Part shown: piece by piece, positions 26,233-33,640 of the stretch
Layout of the letters: the number at the start of each line of letters is the position of its first letter
Numbering within the stretch: position 1 is the first letter of the stretch
NCBI RefSeq assembly: GCF_001194135.2
Contig: NC_068990.1
Coordinates: forward strand, 6,536,739-6,600,328
DNA from: Octopus bimaculoides
Lineage: Eukaryota
Length of the DNA: 63,590 bases
Reading direction: 5' to 3'
Translations under genes and position numbers: made by a program
The notes under the pieces: generated by a model
The model's database searches: none
Told to the model about the DNA's origin: nothing
The model's input: the letters and a program-made list of their open reading frames with translations, nothing else

Positions 26233-29200
26233 GTGCCTTGTGCCTATAATACAAAGGATTATTATTATTATGATTGTAAGGGTCCAACCCATGACAACAT
26301 GGAAAGCGAACGTTAAACGATGATGATGATGATGATGGTTATTGAAGGTGGCAGACAGAGGCATTACCGTGTTGGACAAGTTGCTTAGCGGCATTTTGTC
26401 CATCTTTACTTTCTGGGTTCAAATGCTGCTGAGGTCAACTTTGCCTTTCATTCTTTCAGGGTCAATAGAATAAATTAAATGCTTCTTTTTCAGTTTTGAG
26501 TGTTGAGTTGAGATGTTCTAATTTTGGTAGGAATTACATTGTACCTGATTTTTCTCTGGACATCATTTCATTTCACAATTAGACATTTCAAATTTTAAAT
26601 TGCAGACATGCTTAAGAATCTTCTAGCTATGTCCTAAACTATCTTTTCTTCTATTTAAGACAATAATAGGATAAACTCTTATATAAGAATTTATCAAGTA
26701 GTTATCGTGAAAAAAATTCATAGGGAAGAATCTATCGTTTTTCCCTAAATCATATTTATCTATTTATATAAGGGCACAACTATACAAGAATGCCTCACGT
26801 TGACTACTGTAATAAACACATTTTTACCGAATGCGAGGAAATGCAGCCTTCAAGGAAGCTAGCCTTTTAAAAACAAACTGAACTATAGATCGCTGATTTC
26901 CTTGAAGGCTGCATTTCCTCGCATTTGGTAAAAATGTGTTTATTACGGTAGCTAACGTGAGGCATTCTTGTATAGCTATGCCCTTGTATATATATTTTCT
27001 TCTATTTAAATAGTTTTAATGTCTGTTTTGCATTTAGTAGTTGTTTACTTGGTTATTCACATGAAGGACTGATCAAGGAATTTAACAGTTTTACAATGTT
27101 AAAACCAAATTCTTTGGAAGTGTCAATTCTTGACCCTTGCTTAAGTTACTTACTTCATAAAGGATACTGAAACTTTTTTAAAATTCTAACCAATAATCAT
27201 TTTGTATATATTTTGTATAAAGGTTTTTCTTGTGACCATTTTCTTACCTTCTAAATTTGTTTGATACTTATCCAGGATGACCTATAATTAAACAGCACAT
27301 ATTTTCAAACATTCCAGGTGTAGTGGAGCAACAGATGCGAGAACAAGGAACCAACCCGGCACCATGGACATCGGATGAACAAAAGTTGTTGGAACAATCT
27401 CTGAAAACTTATCCAGCTGATGTTCCTGAACGGTGGGAGAAGATAGCTGCTAATATTCCATCTCGTAGCAAGAAAGACTGCATAAAAAGATACAAGGTAG
27501 TCATTTGTCCTTGCAATGTTTATATAATGATTCCTAATTCCTCATTTCTCATAAAGTAAATACACTACCAATACATTGGAGGTGTGTGACTTAGTGGTTA
27601 GTGTGTTGGACTCATGATCATAAGATTGGTTTCGGTTCGTGGACCAGGGCGACACGTGTTCTTGAGCAAAACACTTCATTTCATGTTGCTCCAGTCCACT
27701 CAGCTGGCAAAAATGAGTAATCCTGCGACGGACTGGCATCCCATCCCGGTGAGAAATATATATGCCATGGAAATCAGGGAACTGACCCTTATGAGTCGGC
27801 ATGGCTTGTGAAGGACACTTTCCCTTTTTTTTCACTAATGTTTGTAATATTGAAAGAGGAATTACATCCGGAATATTGGTATTGTAGAGATAAATCATGA
27901 ATATTGAGGGTGAATGTTAATCAGTTGTAATTTGGGCTGGATTTTAAAGGGAAATGTTTTACATTTCATTTTCTCTGAAAGACATCACACTGTGAGATGT
28001 GTTAAAAGTGTATAGCAAAAAAATGGTGTTTAGCCTGATTTTTTTATAACTACTGCATAAAAAGTAAATTTGAAAGTGACATTTGAACTTCAGGAAGTTA
28101 AAGTTTTTATGTAATTAACCTTTGTACCCAGTCAGCATTACTGTACCAAGTCCTTGACAAAAATGTCTAACTCTTAGTGAAACAACTCCTCAAGCTATAA
28201 ATAGATACCTGCTGTAAAAAGAGAACAAATTCCAAGTATGTATTATCGATTAGCAAGCAGTCCCTGACATTGCTAATGAAGAGTTCTAATCTAAGTAATT
28301 TTTTTTTCTCTGATTTTCGCCAATATGCCCTCACTCACTGCTAATATCACTTGTCATTTTGACATTTAAAGTGAAAATAAGTACTGGCCTTCATCTAAAT
28401 GTTTATATCTACCTTGATCAGCTCACAGACTGTCCATCCATAGTTTCTAAAGTTTATAAAAGTAACCAATTTAGGAAAGGTGTGAAAAGGAAGCATTTAA
28501 CATTTCCATTGTACTAATAAATTGAAATGATATAATGTTTGAAAAGAGGTGAAACTGGACCACTATTGTGTGTGGACACGATGTACATTCTTCAATAATT
28601 TATGGCTTTGAAACAAAGAGATCACTTGATACAATTTATGGCTGATTTACGGTGTTAATGTGCAACAAACATTAGACAGATCAAAACTTCCTGAACTAGA
28701 TTCAGTGTTATATACATGTGCTTTAGCACAAAGCTATCAGAGAGTATGTTGATTTCAGTGTCTATGATCATTGAAAATAACAAGCAGTTACATAAGGATA
28801 TCATGGAGAGTTGTATGTTAATAGCTTGATGGTTTGGACACTTTAAAAAGATGACAAGGCTTAATTTGTTCAGTGAAAAGAAATCTGTAAACACTGAGAC
28901 CTGTTTAATGATTTCATTAAAAAACATGATTTTGTTGTTTATTTTTAAGACTGAATTTCAATATACTGAACACATAGTTGATAATTTGGCACTGCTCAGG
29001 TCTCAAGGGTTCTAGATTAGTGGAACTATGCTGCATATGGGTCAGTTCCCTAGTATTGGGAACTGAAATTTTTCTCATTTTAATTATGGTCAGCAGATGA
29101 TATATTGAATATCAGTTGATTCATTCTCCTATATTCCTTTGAATAATTTACTCTTATGCTCTTGTCCACAAAACTAATTTTAATTATTCAAATCTTTGGA

Positions 29201-29298
29201 AATTTCAAACTTGTTTTGTTATTTTTCAGGAATTGGTTGAAATGGTACGCGCCAAAAAAATGGCACAGTCTGCCGCTGCCAAAGCCAAGAGAACATGA
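2838..29298 (+). CDS. DNAJC2: DnaJ homolog subfamily C member 2 (MPP11/ZRF1/zuotin), spliced CDS, 5'-partial
   Basis: join(2838-3031,5527-5602,6024-6116,7312-7456,9456-9536,11087-11152,12917-13008,15453-15574,16800-16868,19063-19143,20496-20584,21727-21796,23182-23348,24138-24235,25246-25362,27318-27496,29230-29298) = 1808 nt. All introns GT..AG, phases compatible, no internal stop. Translation has [59 protein letters not shown]1 ([22 protein letters not shown]), SANT2 ([26 protein letters not shown]), [10 protein letters not shown]. First exon base is phase 1, so a short ATG exon lies upstream. Confidence 0.96.
3255..3472 (-). mobile_element. SINE family 1, 3' half (runs into gap)
   Basis: reverse complement of the family-1 tail (tttcagtcattt..gccatgctggagcacc..cttattctatcgg). 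Confidence 0.8.
3940..4330 (+). mobile_element. highly degraded CR1/Jockey-group RT fragment
   Basis: [10 protein letters not shown] (cf. DGVPPIVLKN) and [25 protein letters not shown] (cf. ALDISKAFDRVWH..LL.KL.SY). Confidence 0.45.
4800..5260 (-). mobile_element. degraded LINE apurinic endonuclease fragment (RTE-like)
   Basis: [10 protein letters not shown] (APE GDFN motif) at 5021-5046; DGVGMLFA upstream on the same strand. Confidence 0.55.
5527..5602 (+). CDS. DNAJC2: DNAJC2 exon w2 ([10 protein letters not shown].., J-domain start)
   Basis: ttgcag|AAT..GCAT|gtaagt; 76 nt; not in ORF track. Confidence 0.95.
6024..6116 (+). CDS. DNAJC2: DNAJC2 exon w3 (KHHPDK, HPD motif)
   Basis: tttttag|AT..AAAG|gtaggt; 93 nt. 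Confidence 0.95.
7312..7456 (+). CDS. DNAJC2: DNAJC2 exon w4 ([25 protein letters not shown])
   Basis: gctgtag|CA..CCAG|gtttgc; 145 nt. Confidence 0.95.
7644..7815 (-). mobile_element. RTE 3' tail, young copy
   Basis: near-identical to 16907-17108 and 31883-32042 (ccggatggcaacacc variant). Confidence 0.85.
7847..8226 (+). mobile_element. SINE family 1, near full length
   Basis: A-box-like tggctgtgtggtaag, B-box-like gggttcagtc, tail aagagtaaaagag. Confidence 0.85.
8258..8500 (+). mobile_element. SINE family 3
   Basis: colinear with 27578-27814 (gtgttct..cacttcatttcacgttgctcca..cagctggcaaaaatgagta). Confidence 0.75.
8590..9000 (+). mobile_element. degraded RTE LINE 3' end: ORF C-terminus contiguous with the tail motifs
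   Basis: [40 protein letters not shown] followed directly by gtgacatatgaaaggcaccc..aagaaggacattcagccatagaaac. Confidence 0.65.
9456..9536 (+). CDS. DNAJC2: DNAJC2 exon w5 ([17 protein letters not shown])
   Basis: tttacag|G..TTTG|gtaagt; 81 nt. Confidence 0.95.
10459..10945 (-). mobile_element. RTE 3' UTR copy spanning a 10-N gap
   Basis: (CAT)n, tail and internal tgccac modules; 125 bp duplicated across the gap. Confidence 0.85.
11087..11152 (+). CDS. DNAJC2: DNAJC2 exon w6 ([21 protein letters not shown])
   Basis: ttctag|G..GAAAA|gtatgt; 66 nt. Confidence 0.95.
12917..13008 (+). CDS. DNAJC2: DNAJC2 exon w7 ([30 protein letters not shown])
   Basis: ttttag|T..GTTG|gtatgt; 92 nt. Confidence 0.95.
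13490..13720 (-). mobile_element. RTE 3' tail
   Basis: catcatcgtttaacgtccgc..ggatgcccttcctaac..gtgggtgcttttacgtg. Confidence 0.85.
14060..14730 (-). mobile_element. diverged RTE-tail-related element with pyrimidine-rich body
   Basis: tail-like tttaatgtccattttccatgctgg at ~14085, then caagtaact motif shared with 18500 and a long GA-rich tract. Confidence 0.4.
15453..15574 (+). CDS. DNAJC2: DNAJC2 exon w8 ([18 protein letters not shown]..)
   Basis: tttgcag|AT..CGG|gtaact; 122 nt. Confidence 0.95.
15677..15890 (+). mobile_element. SINE family 2
   Basis: ggcgaactggcagaatcgttagcac..gagttcaaattc..gtcgactttgcctttcatcc..aagtaccag. Confidence 0.85.
16385..16540 (-). mobile_element. diverged RTE-tail fragment
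   Basis: tttggcatggtttctatggctggatgcccttcctaatatgccaaccac. Confidence 0.6.
16800..16868 (+). CDS. DNAJC2: DNAJC2 exon w9 ([23 protein letters not shown])
   Basis: tttttag|ATC..GCT|gtaagt; 69 nt, phase 0/0. Confidence 0.9.
16907..17108 (-). mobile_element. RTE 3' tail, young copy, 38 nt downstream of the exon w9 donor
   Basis: near-identical to 7644 and 31883 copies. Confidence 0.85.
18178..18640 (-). mobile_element. diverged RTE-tail-related element
   Basis: (CAT)n, tccgttttccatgctg, ggatgcccttctaaatgccaaccac, caagtaacttgcaagac. Confidence 0.6.
19063..19143 (+). CDS. DNAJC2: DNAJC2 exon w10 ([27 protein letters not shown])
   Basis: ctttaag|GCT..AAG|gtaaga; 81 nt, phase 0/0. Confidence 0.92.
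20015..20130 (-). mobile_element. short RTE tail
   Basis: catcatcgtttaatgtccgttttccatgctggcatgggttggac. Confidence 0.65.
20496..20584 (+). CDS. DNAJC2: DNAJC2 exon w11 ([22 protein letters not shown]..)
   Basis: ttcgcag|GAG..CAAG|gtgagt; 89 nt. Confidence 0.93.
20700..21200. mobile_element. ~500-bp non-coding interspersed element flanked by (TAT)n on both sides
   Basis: higher-GC complex block between tattattattac and ctattattattatc; no ORF or TIR seen; repeat status is inferred (single copy in window). Confidence 0.45.
21727..21796 (+). CDS. DNAJC2: DNAJC2 exon w12 ([23 protein letters not shown])
   Basis: ttctag|A..AAT|gtatgt; 70 nt. Confidence 0.93.
22145..22592 (-). mobile_element. two tandem SINE family 2 copies (22145-22340, 22378-22592) separated by (TAA)n
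   Basis: both are reverse complements of the family-2 head and body. Confidence 0.85.
23182..23348 (+). CDS. DNAJC2: DNAJC2 exon w13 (SANT1 start, [16 protein letters not shown])
   Basis: ttgcag|GTA..ATAG|gtttgt; 167 nt. Confidence 0.93.
23480..23660 (-). mobile_element. degraded SINE family 1
   Basis: ttctattggtctcttttgctaaactgctaagttac..gttgtcaa..ggacaaacac. Confidence 0.6.
24138..24235 (+). CDS. DNAJC2: DNAJC2 exon w14 ([23 protein letters not shown])
   Basis: attatag|A..AATG|gtaaag; 98 nt. Confidence 0.95.
25100..25198 (+). mobile_element. short diverged RTE tail, ~50 nt upstream of exon w15
   Basis: cctcagtcaagctatccaacgcatgccagcatggaag..gttaaattatgatgatgat. Confidence 0.6.
25246..25362 (+). 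CDS. DNAJC2: DNAJC2 exon w15 ([24 protein letters not shown])
   Basis: ttcatag|AT..GAAA|gtaagt; 117 nt. Confidence 0.93.
25572..25644. repeat. 27-bp minisatellite x2.7
   Basis: unit tgtcccctcagcagttgtatatagaac. Confidence 0.9.
25968..26470 (+). mobile_element. SINE family 2 copy with duplicated tail and (ATT)n, then short RTE tail (26280-26340) and partial family-2 copy
   Basis: gccttgtgcctataata(g/c)aaaggattatt occurs twice; family-2 body motifs at 26030-26110 and 26410-26470. Confidence 0.75.
26769..26986. mobile_element. fold-back MITE, TA-flanked (Tc1/mariner-type TSD)
   Basis: 89-bp inverted arms 26769-26857 and 26898-26986 (82/89 complementary by eye), 40-nt loop, TA on both sides. 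Confidence 0.8.
27318..27496 (+). CDS. DNAJC2: DNAJC2 exon w16 (SANT2)
   Basis: attccag|GT..AAG|gtagtc; 179 nt; an in-frame alternative AG lies 6 nt downstream. Confidence 0.93.
27578..27814 (+). mobile_element. SINE family 3, full length
   Basis: tRNA-like head ggaggtgtgtgacttagtggttag..ggtttcggttc, body cttgagcaaaacacttc, cctgcgacggactggcatccc. Confidence 0.8.
29230..29298 (+). CDS. DNAJC2: DNAJC2 terminal exon w17 ([22 protein letters not shown])
   Basis: ttttcag|GAA..TGA; 69 nt. Confidence 0.95.
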   Translation, partial: ELVEMVRAKKMAQSAAAKAKRT

Positions 29299-29783
29299 CA
29301 ATAATGGCTGTTAATGACCAATAACCTTGACACTAGACTTTGATGACTTTCCAAATACAAACTTGTATTCTATTTTTGTAATGTTATAAAATGAAAATGA
29401 AAGCAGGTGTTCAGAAATACATTGTGTGTGTGTGTGTGATTTAATTTCTGTATAATGTATGTATATACTTTCTTTTAATTTTATTTAGCACTGCTACTTA
29501 ATGAAATAAGGATTTGTGGGAAGTACCACAGTTTTCAAAGCATTTAGCCAGCTGGCAGCATCACTTCTGGATATGTTGCTAGTCTGTAATTGGTTTTGTT
29601 TTGAGGAAGATGTAAGTTTAGTTTTATAAGCTAATGAAACACTGATCAATTATGCAATGCCTTTGTAATTTATAGTGATGACCTGATTAAAAACATGATT
29701 TCTGTTTTTTAAGACAAAGTTCTTGTATGCCAGCATATTTGCAAACTGTTGCAAACTTTTCTACTGCTAAGTAGATTGGACCA

Positions 29784-29789
29784 AATAAA
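29784..29789 (+). terminator. candidate poly(A) signal for DNAJC2
   Basis: AATAAA ~490 nt after the stop; a second AATAAA at 30062-30067. Which is used is unknown. Confidence 0.4.
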
Positions 29790-29997
29790 GCTAAGCATCT
29801 TGCTTAAGGTAGAATCCAATACTAATAAGATACTAGCTGTCAACCTGTTGGCCACTTCTCTAACACCCTGATGGCATGTCATACAATAGCATAAAATATA
29901 TATACTTCTTTACTTGCTTTTAATATAAGTTTTATTTTAAAACTTTAAAATTATTTTCACATTCAACTTTTACGATGAAAGTAAACAAACAAAGTTT

Positions 29998-30033
<36 letters not shown>

Positions 30034-30144
30034 GCGTTGAGATGTATTGTAAGATACAGAAATAAATTTATTTCTCAAACGTGTGATAATGCTATAAATA
30101 GCGAGATCAGGATAAATTATCCATTTATTGCAGAAAAATACGTT

Positions 30145-30330
30145 ACTGGCCAGCCATGAGGGTGCTTTTTATGTGCCACCAGCACGAGGGCCAGCCAGCC
30201 AGCACTGGCATTGACCACACTTGAATGATGTTTTTTTATGTGCCACTGGCACGGGTGCTGGTCAGGCGGTACTGGCATCGGCCATAACAGCAATTTTACT
30301 TGACTCAATAGGTTTTCTCAAGCAGCCTTT
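30145..30330 (-). mobile_element. RTE 3' UTR internal modules
   Basis: ggtgctttttatgtgccacc..atgtgccactggcacggg..cttgactcaataggttttctcaagca. Confidence 0.65.
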
Positions 30331-30361
30331 TTCTTTGATATTCACATGTTGTTAAAATCCT

Positions 30362-30585
30362 TATTTCGCTACTGCCCACAAGGGGCTAAACATAGAGGGG
30401 ACAAACAAGGGATTAAGTCGATTACATCGACCCCCAGTGCATAACTGGTACTTAATTTATCGACGCCGAAAGGATGAAAAGCAAAGTCAACCTTGGCGAA
30501 ATTTGAACTCAGAACATAACGGCAGAAGAAATACTGCTAAGCATTTCGCCCGGTGTGCTAACGTTTCTGCCAGCTCGCAGCCTTC
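30362..30585 (-). mobile_element. SINE family 2 with tail type 1
   Basis: reverse complement of 48268-48501. Confidence 0.85.
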
Positions 30586-30799
30586 TTGTTAAAATCCTAT
30601 TGTGTGTTGAGGAAACCTATTTACAAATACTGATTCAAAACATGGAAAGTGCTCCCCTCATTTGAAAGTGGTAGATAATTTTGAATCTTACTTCATAGGT
30701 ATGATTTTAAAAATGGTGAAACTTTCATATTATATCACTCCTTCCTAATAAACTTCCAACATCTACATGATATTGAGCAATCTCCCCCAAAATATATAC

Positions 30800-31200
30800 A
30801 TATCCTTGAAGATAAAACCTAGACATCCCAATACATAGACTTTTTACAAAGAAACTCATGAAGTTAACATGAAAACCAGTGAAAATAGAGCCAATTTCGT
30901 CTCCAACTTCAAATCTAGGTTAATAAATGCTTCCAAGAGTGAACTGGGTAATTATCAGTAAGTGCTTTCTCAGGGGTATCGACCTGAAGATCAGAAGTAT
31001 TGCTGCCATAATCAAGTACCTTGATGGTATTGGAAACAAAGTGGTTTTGCAAATTGACTTAATTTGATATTGTTAGATTTACACATCCATCTTGCATGCT
31101 TTGGGAATCAATTTACTCCATACATCAAACTCAATGATAGAACAGTAATTAACTCCACGAAGTGAGATTTTTGTGGGGTTGTTTATCTTTGACACTTCCT
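30800..31200 (+). mobile_element. degraded Penelope-like element RT fragment
   Basis: NFVSNFKSRLINASKSELG (cf. NP.CRLINPAKSE.G), FDIV.F..SI with frameshift, VGLFIFDTL. Confidence 0.6.
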
Positions 31201-31311
31201 CACACATCTCAGGTGAGTAAAGGGGTGACAGAATGTCTCATACATTGGGAACAGCCATATCATGGGTCATCTATCTATCTATCTACCTATCTATATCTAT
31301 CTATCTATCTA

Positions 31312-31575
31312 TCATCATCATCATCGTTTAACGTCCGCTTTCCATGCTAGCATGGGTTGGACGATTTGACTGAGGACTGGTGAAACCGGATGGCAACACC
31401 AGGCTCCAGTCTGATTTGGCAGGAGCCTGGTGTTGCCATCCGGTTTCACCAGTCNNNNNNNNNNNNNNNNNNNNNNNNNNNNNNNNNNNNNNNNNNNNNN
31501 NNNNNNNNNNNNNNNNNNNNNNNNCCATGCTAGCATGGAAAGCGGACGTTAAACGATGATGATGATGATGATGAT
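31312..31575. mobile_element. head-to-head inverted pair of RTE tails around a 70-N gap
   Basis: 31422-31454 is the exact reverse complement of 31375-31407; 31525-31575 mirrors 31312-31355. Confidence 0.7.
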
Positions 31576-31721
31576 GGATAGATAGATAGATAGATAGATA
31601 TATCTATACACACACATATATATATATATATATAAGCATACATATATATATTTATACATCACACACACACACATAAACAGTTTGGTTGCTTGTTTCTGTG
31701 GAACATGTCAAAATGCTGTAG

Positions 31722-31769
31722 ACACCTCTGATGAGAACCCAATAAGGTTAGAAAATCTATTAAGGTTGT
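31722..31769 (+). ncRNA. minimal type-I hammerhead-like motif (G10.1-A11.1 mismatch)
   Basis: ACCU|CUGAUGA|GAACC caauaa GGUUA|GAA|AAU cu AUU|A|AGGU. Confidence 0.5.
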
Positions 31770-31882
31770 TCACTTTTTCACTCTGCAGAGAAATGGCCAA
31801 AATTTGCCCCGTTTATAATTATACCATGTATTACATACACACACACACACACATATATATATATGCGCTCAGATATATGTAA

Positions 31883-32042
31883 ATCATCATCATCATCGTC
31901 GTTTAACGTCCGCTTTCCATGCTAGCATGGGTTGGACGATTTGACTGAGGACTGGTGAAACCGGATGGCAACACCAGGCTCCAGTCTAATTTGGCAGAGT
32001 TTCTACAGCTGGATGCCCTTCCTAACACCAACCACTCAGAGA
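31883..32042 (-). mobile_element. RTE 3' tail, young copy
   Basis: near-identical to 7644 and 16907. Confidence 0.85.
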
Positions 32043-32514
32043 ATATAAATAAAATTTATGTATGTTGAAGAAACAGAACAATAAAAGAATTAATTATATC
32101 CTGCAATCAACAGACATTTGTCCGATCCCAGATAAAATTAAAATCATCAGTGTCCCCAATGTGACTTCCTAGCAACAACTGTACCTGGACTCGAATCACA
32201 TTCATGAATCCATCGCAAATAGATGCAGATTTTGTTTTTAAGCTTCTTTTTAAACTTCTTTTTTAAATCCTCTTCAAACGCTCACGTCGAAATCAACAGA
32301 AGTGACCTTCATATAATCTAATTACAGAGGCATCAAGCTGTTAGATCAGGTTATGAAAGTTACAGNNNNNNNNNNNNNNNNNNNNNNNNNNNNNNNNNNN
32401 NNNNNNNNNNNNNNNNNNNNNNNNNNNNNNNNNNNNNNNNNNNNNNNNNNNNNNNNNNNNNNNNNTTTTTATTTCGTCTGTTTGCCTTCGACAAACCGAC
32501 TGGTGCGAGGCTAG

Positions 32515-33075
32515 TTTAGTGAAACTAACACCTCGATCGCCATTACATATAAAACTACCTATCACCATTAGATACAAAACTACTATCGCCATTACATACA
32601 ATCTTCTCATTTAAATATAAACAAACGCGAGCGTAGCGGAGAACCCATCTCCTTGTCATCACGTGACTGATTAATATTCGAAGCGGCAACTTCTTCGAAC
32701 CGTTCCCGCCAGAACGCAAACTGACCAATCACAGCCCTTAATAAGGTCACGTGATAGAGTATTTTTCTGAAGGATTCGGGAGCCGATAATTCGCTATAAA
32801 TAGAGCAACTTATACCCAGCAAATTTGTCTCGGTCCAGTTTCTCTATAGAGACTGTGCCGTGTACCAGACGACAGCAGCAGCAACAATCAGCCAGCGACC
32901 ACATCAACAGCTTCGTCCAGCCAACGATGACCACCGCCGTCGCCACATAACATATTTGTATATTATCATTGATATATTATTTTGTGTTCGACCGTGCGAC
33001 GCGTTTAAATAAAAGGAGTCCTCTGTTTTTCCATTCGTCACCATTTCTCCTTTTTGAGTTCGCACGGTCGTTCTT

Positions 33076-33078
<3 letters not shown>
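32515..33078 (+). mobile_element. LTR-like element copy 1
   Basis: homologous to 35471-36676; TATA 32795-32800, AATAAA 33008-33013, ends ..TTACA into a CA/TA microsatellite; 5' boundary uncertain. Confidence 0.65.
32660..32803 (+). promoter_or_regulatory. E-box / E2F-like / CCAAT / E-box / TATA cassette
   Basis: CACGTG 32660 and 32748, TTCCCGCC 32703, CTGACCAATCAC 32721, CTATAAATAG 32794; all identical in copy 2. Confidence 0.55.
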
Positions 33079-33115
<37 letters not shown>

Positions 33116-33139
33116 TTTATTTAAAAGCAGCAGAAATAT

Positions 33140-33193
33140 AACAAAAGGCTGTTACTCAGAGTTTCACGTTCTCGTTCATCGGACAGTTTTGTT
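33140..33193 (-). ncRNA. type-I hammerhead-like motif, U4C core variant
   Basis: minus strand: AACAAAA-CUGU|CCGAUGA|ACG agaa CGU|GAA|ACUC u GAGU|A|ACAG-cc-UUUUGUU; all three stems pair. Confidence 0.75.
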
Positions 33194-33195
33194 AG

Positions 33196-33275
33196 AAGGT
33201 GTTGTGGGTTCACAAATAAGGTGATTGTAGGTTCAATTCTTGGACCGGGCGGGCGTTGTGTTCTTGAGCAAGCCT
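33196..33275 (+). mobile_element. partial SINE family 3 head
   Basis: gtaggttcaattcttggaccgggcgggcgttgtgttcttgagcaag. Confidence 0.55.
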
Positions 33276-33524
33276 TTTTTTAACGTTTCTCTGAGCTCTC
33301 TTCGACACCGGACGAAGTTATTGAGATTTCAATCTTATACCATTACATAATTTATCTTACAAATAGTTATATAAATAAATAAGACCCAGCAGCAGCTATA
33401 TGCCAACCCTTCCTCAGGTAGGTTGCTTTTAAAGCACTACTGGATTCTGTAGAGGATTTTAAATGCTCGTTATGGGGTTATAACCGGGATAATTCATACA
33501 TACATATAATGTATTCTTCTACTC

Positions 33525-33640
33525 CTTCTCATCATCATCATCACCATTTTAAAGTCCGTTTTCTGTGCTAGGTTGGACGGTTTAACAGGGTCCGACGAGC
33601 AGCAGGACTGCACACCAACGTCAGCTGTGGCAGGGTTTCT
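33525..33640 (-). mobile_element. diverged RTE tail
   Basis: catcatcatcaccattttaaagtccgttttctgtgctaggttggacgg. Confidence 0.55.

Noticed and set aside
33283-33312. Degenerate resemblance to hammerhead motif 3
   Set aside because: Equally explained as the decayed continuation of the SINE family 3 body; stems do not pair.
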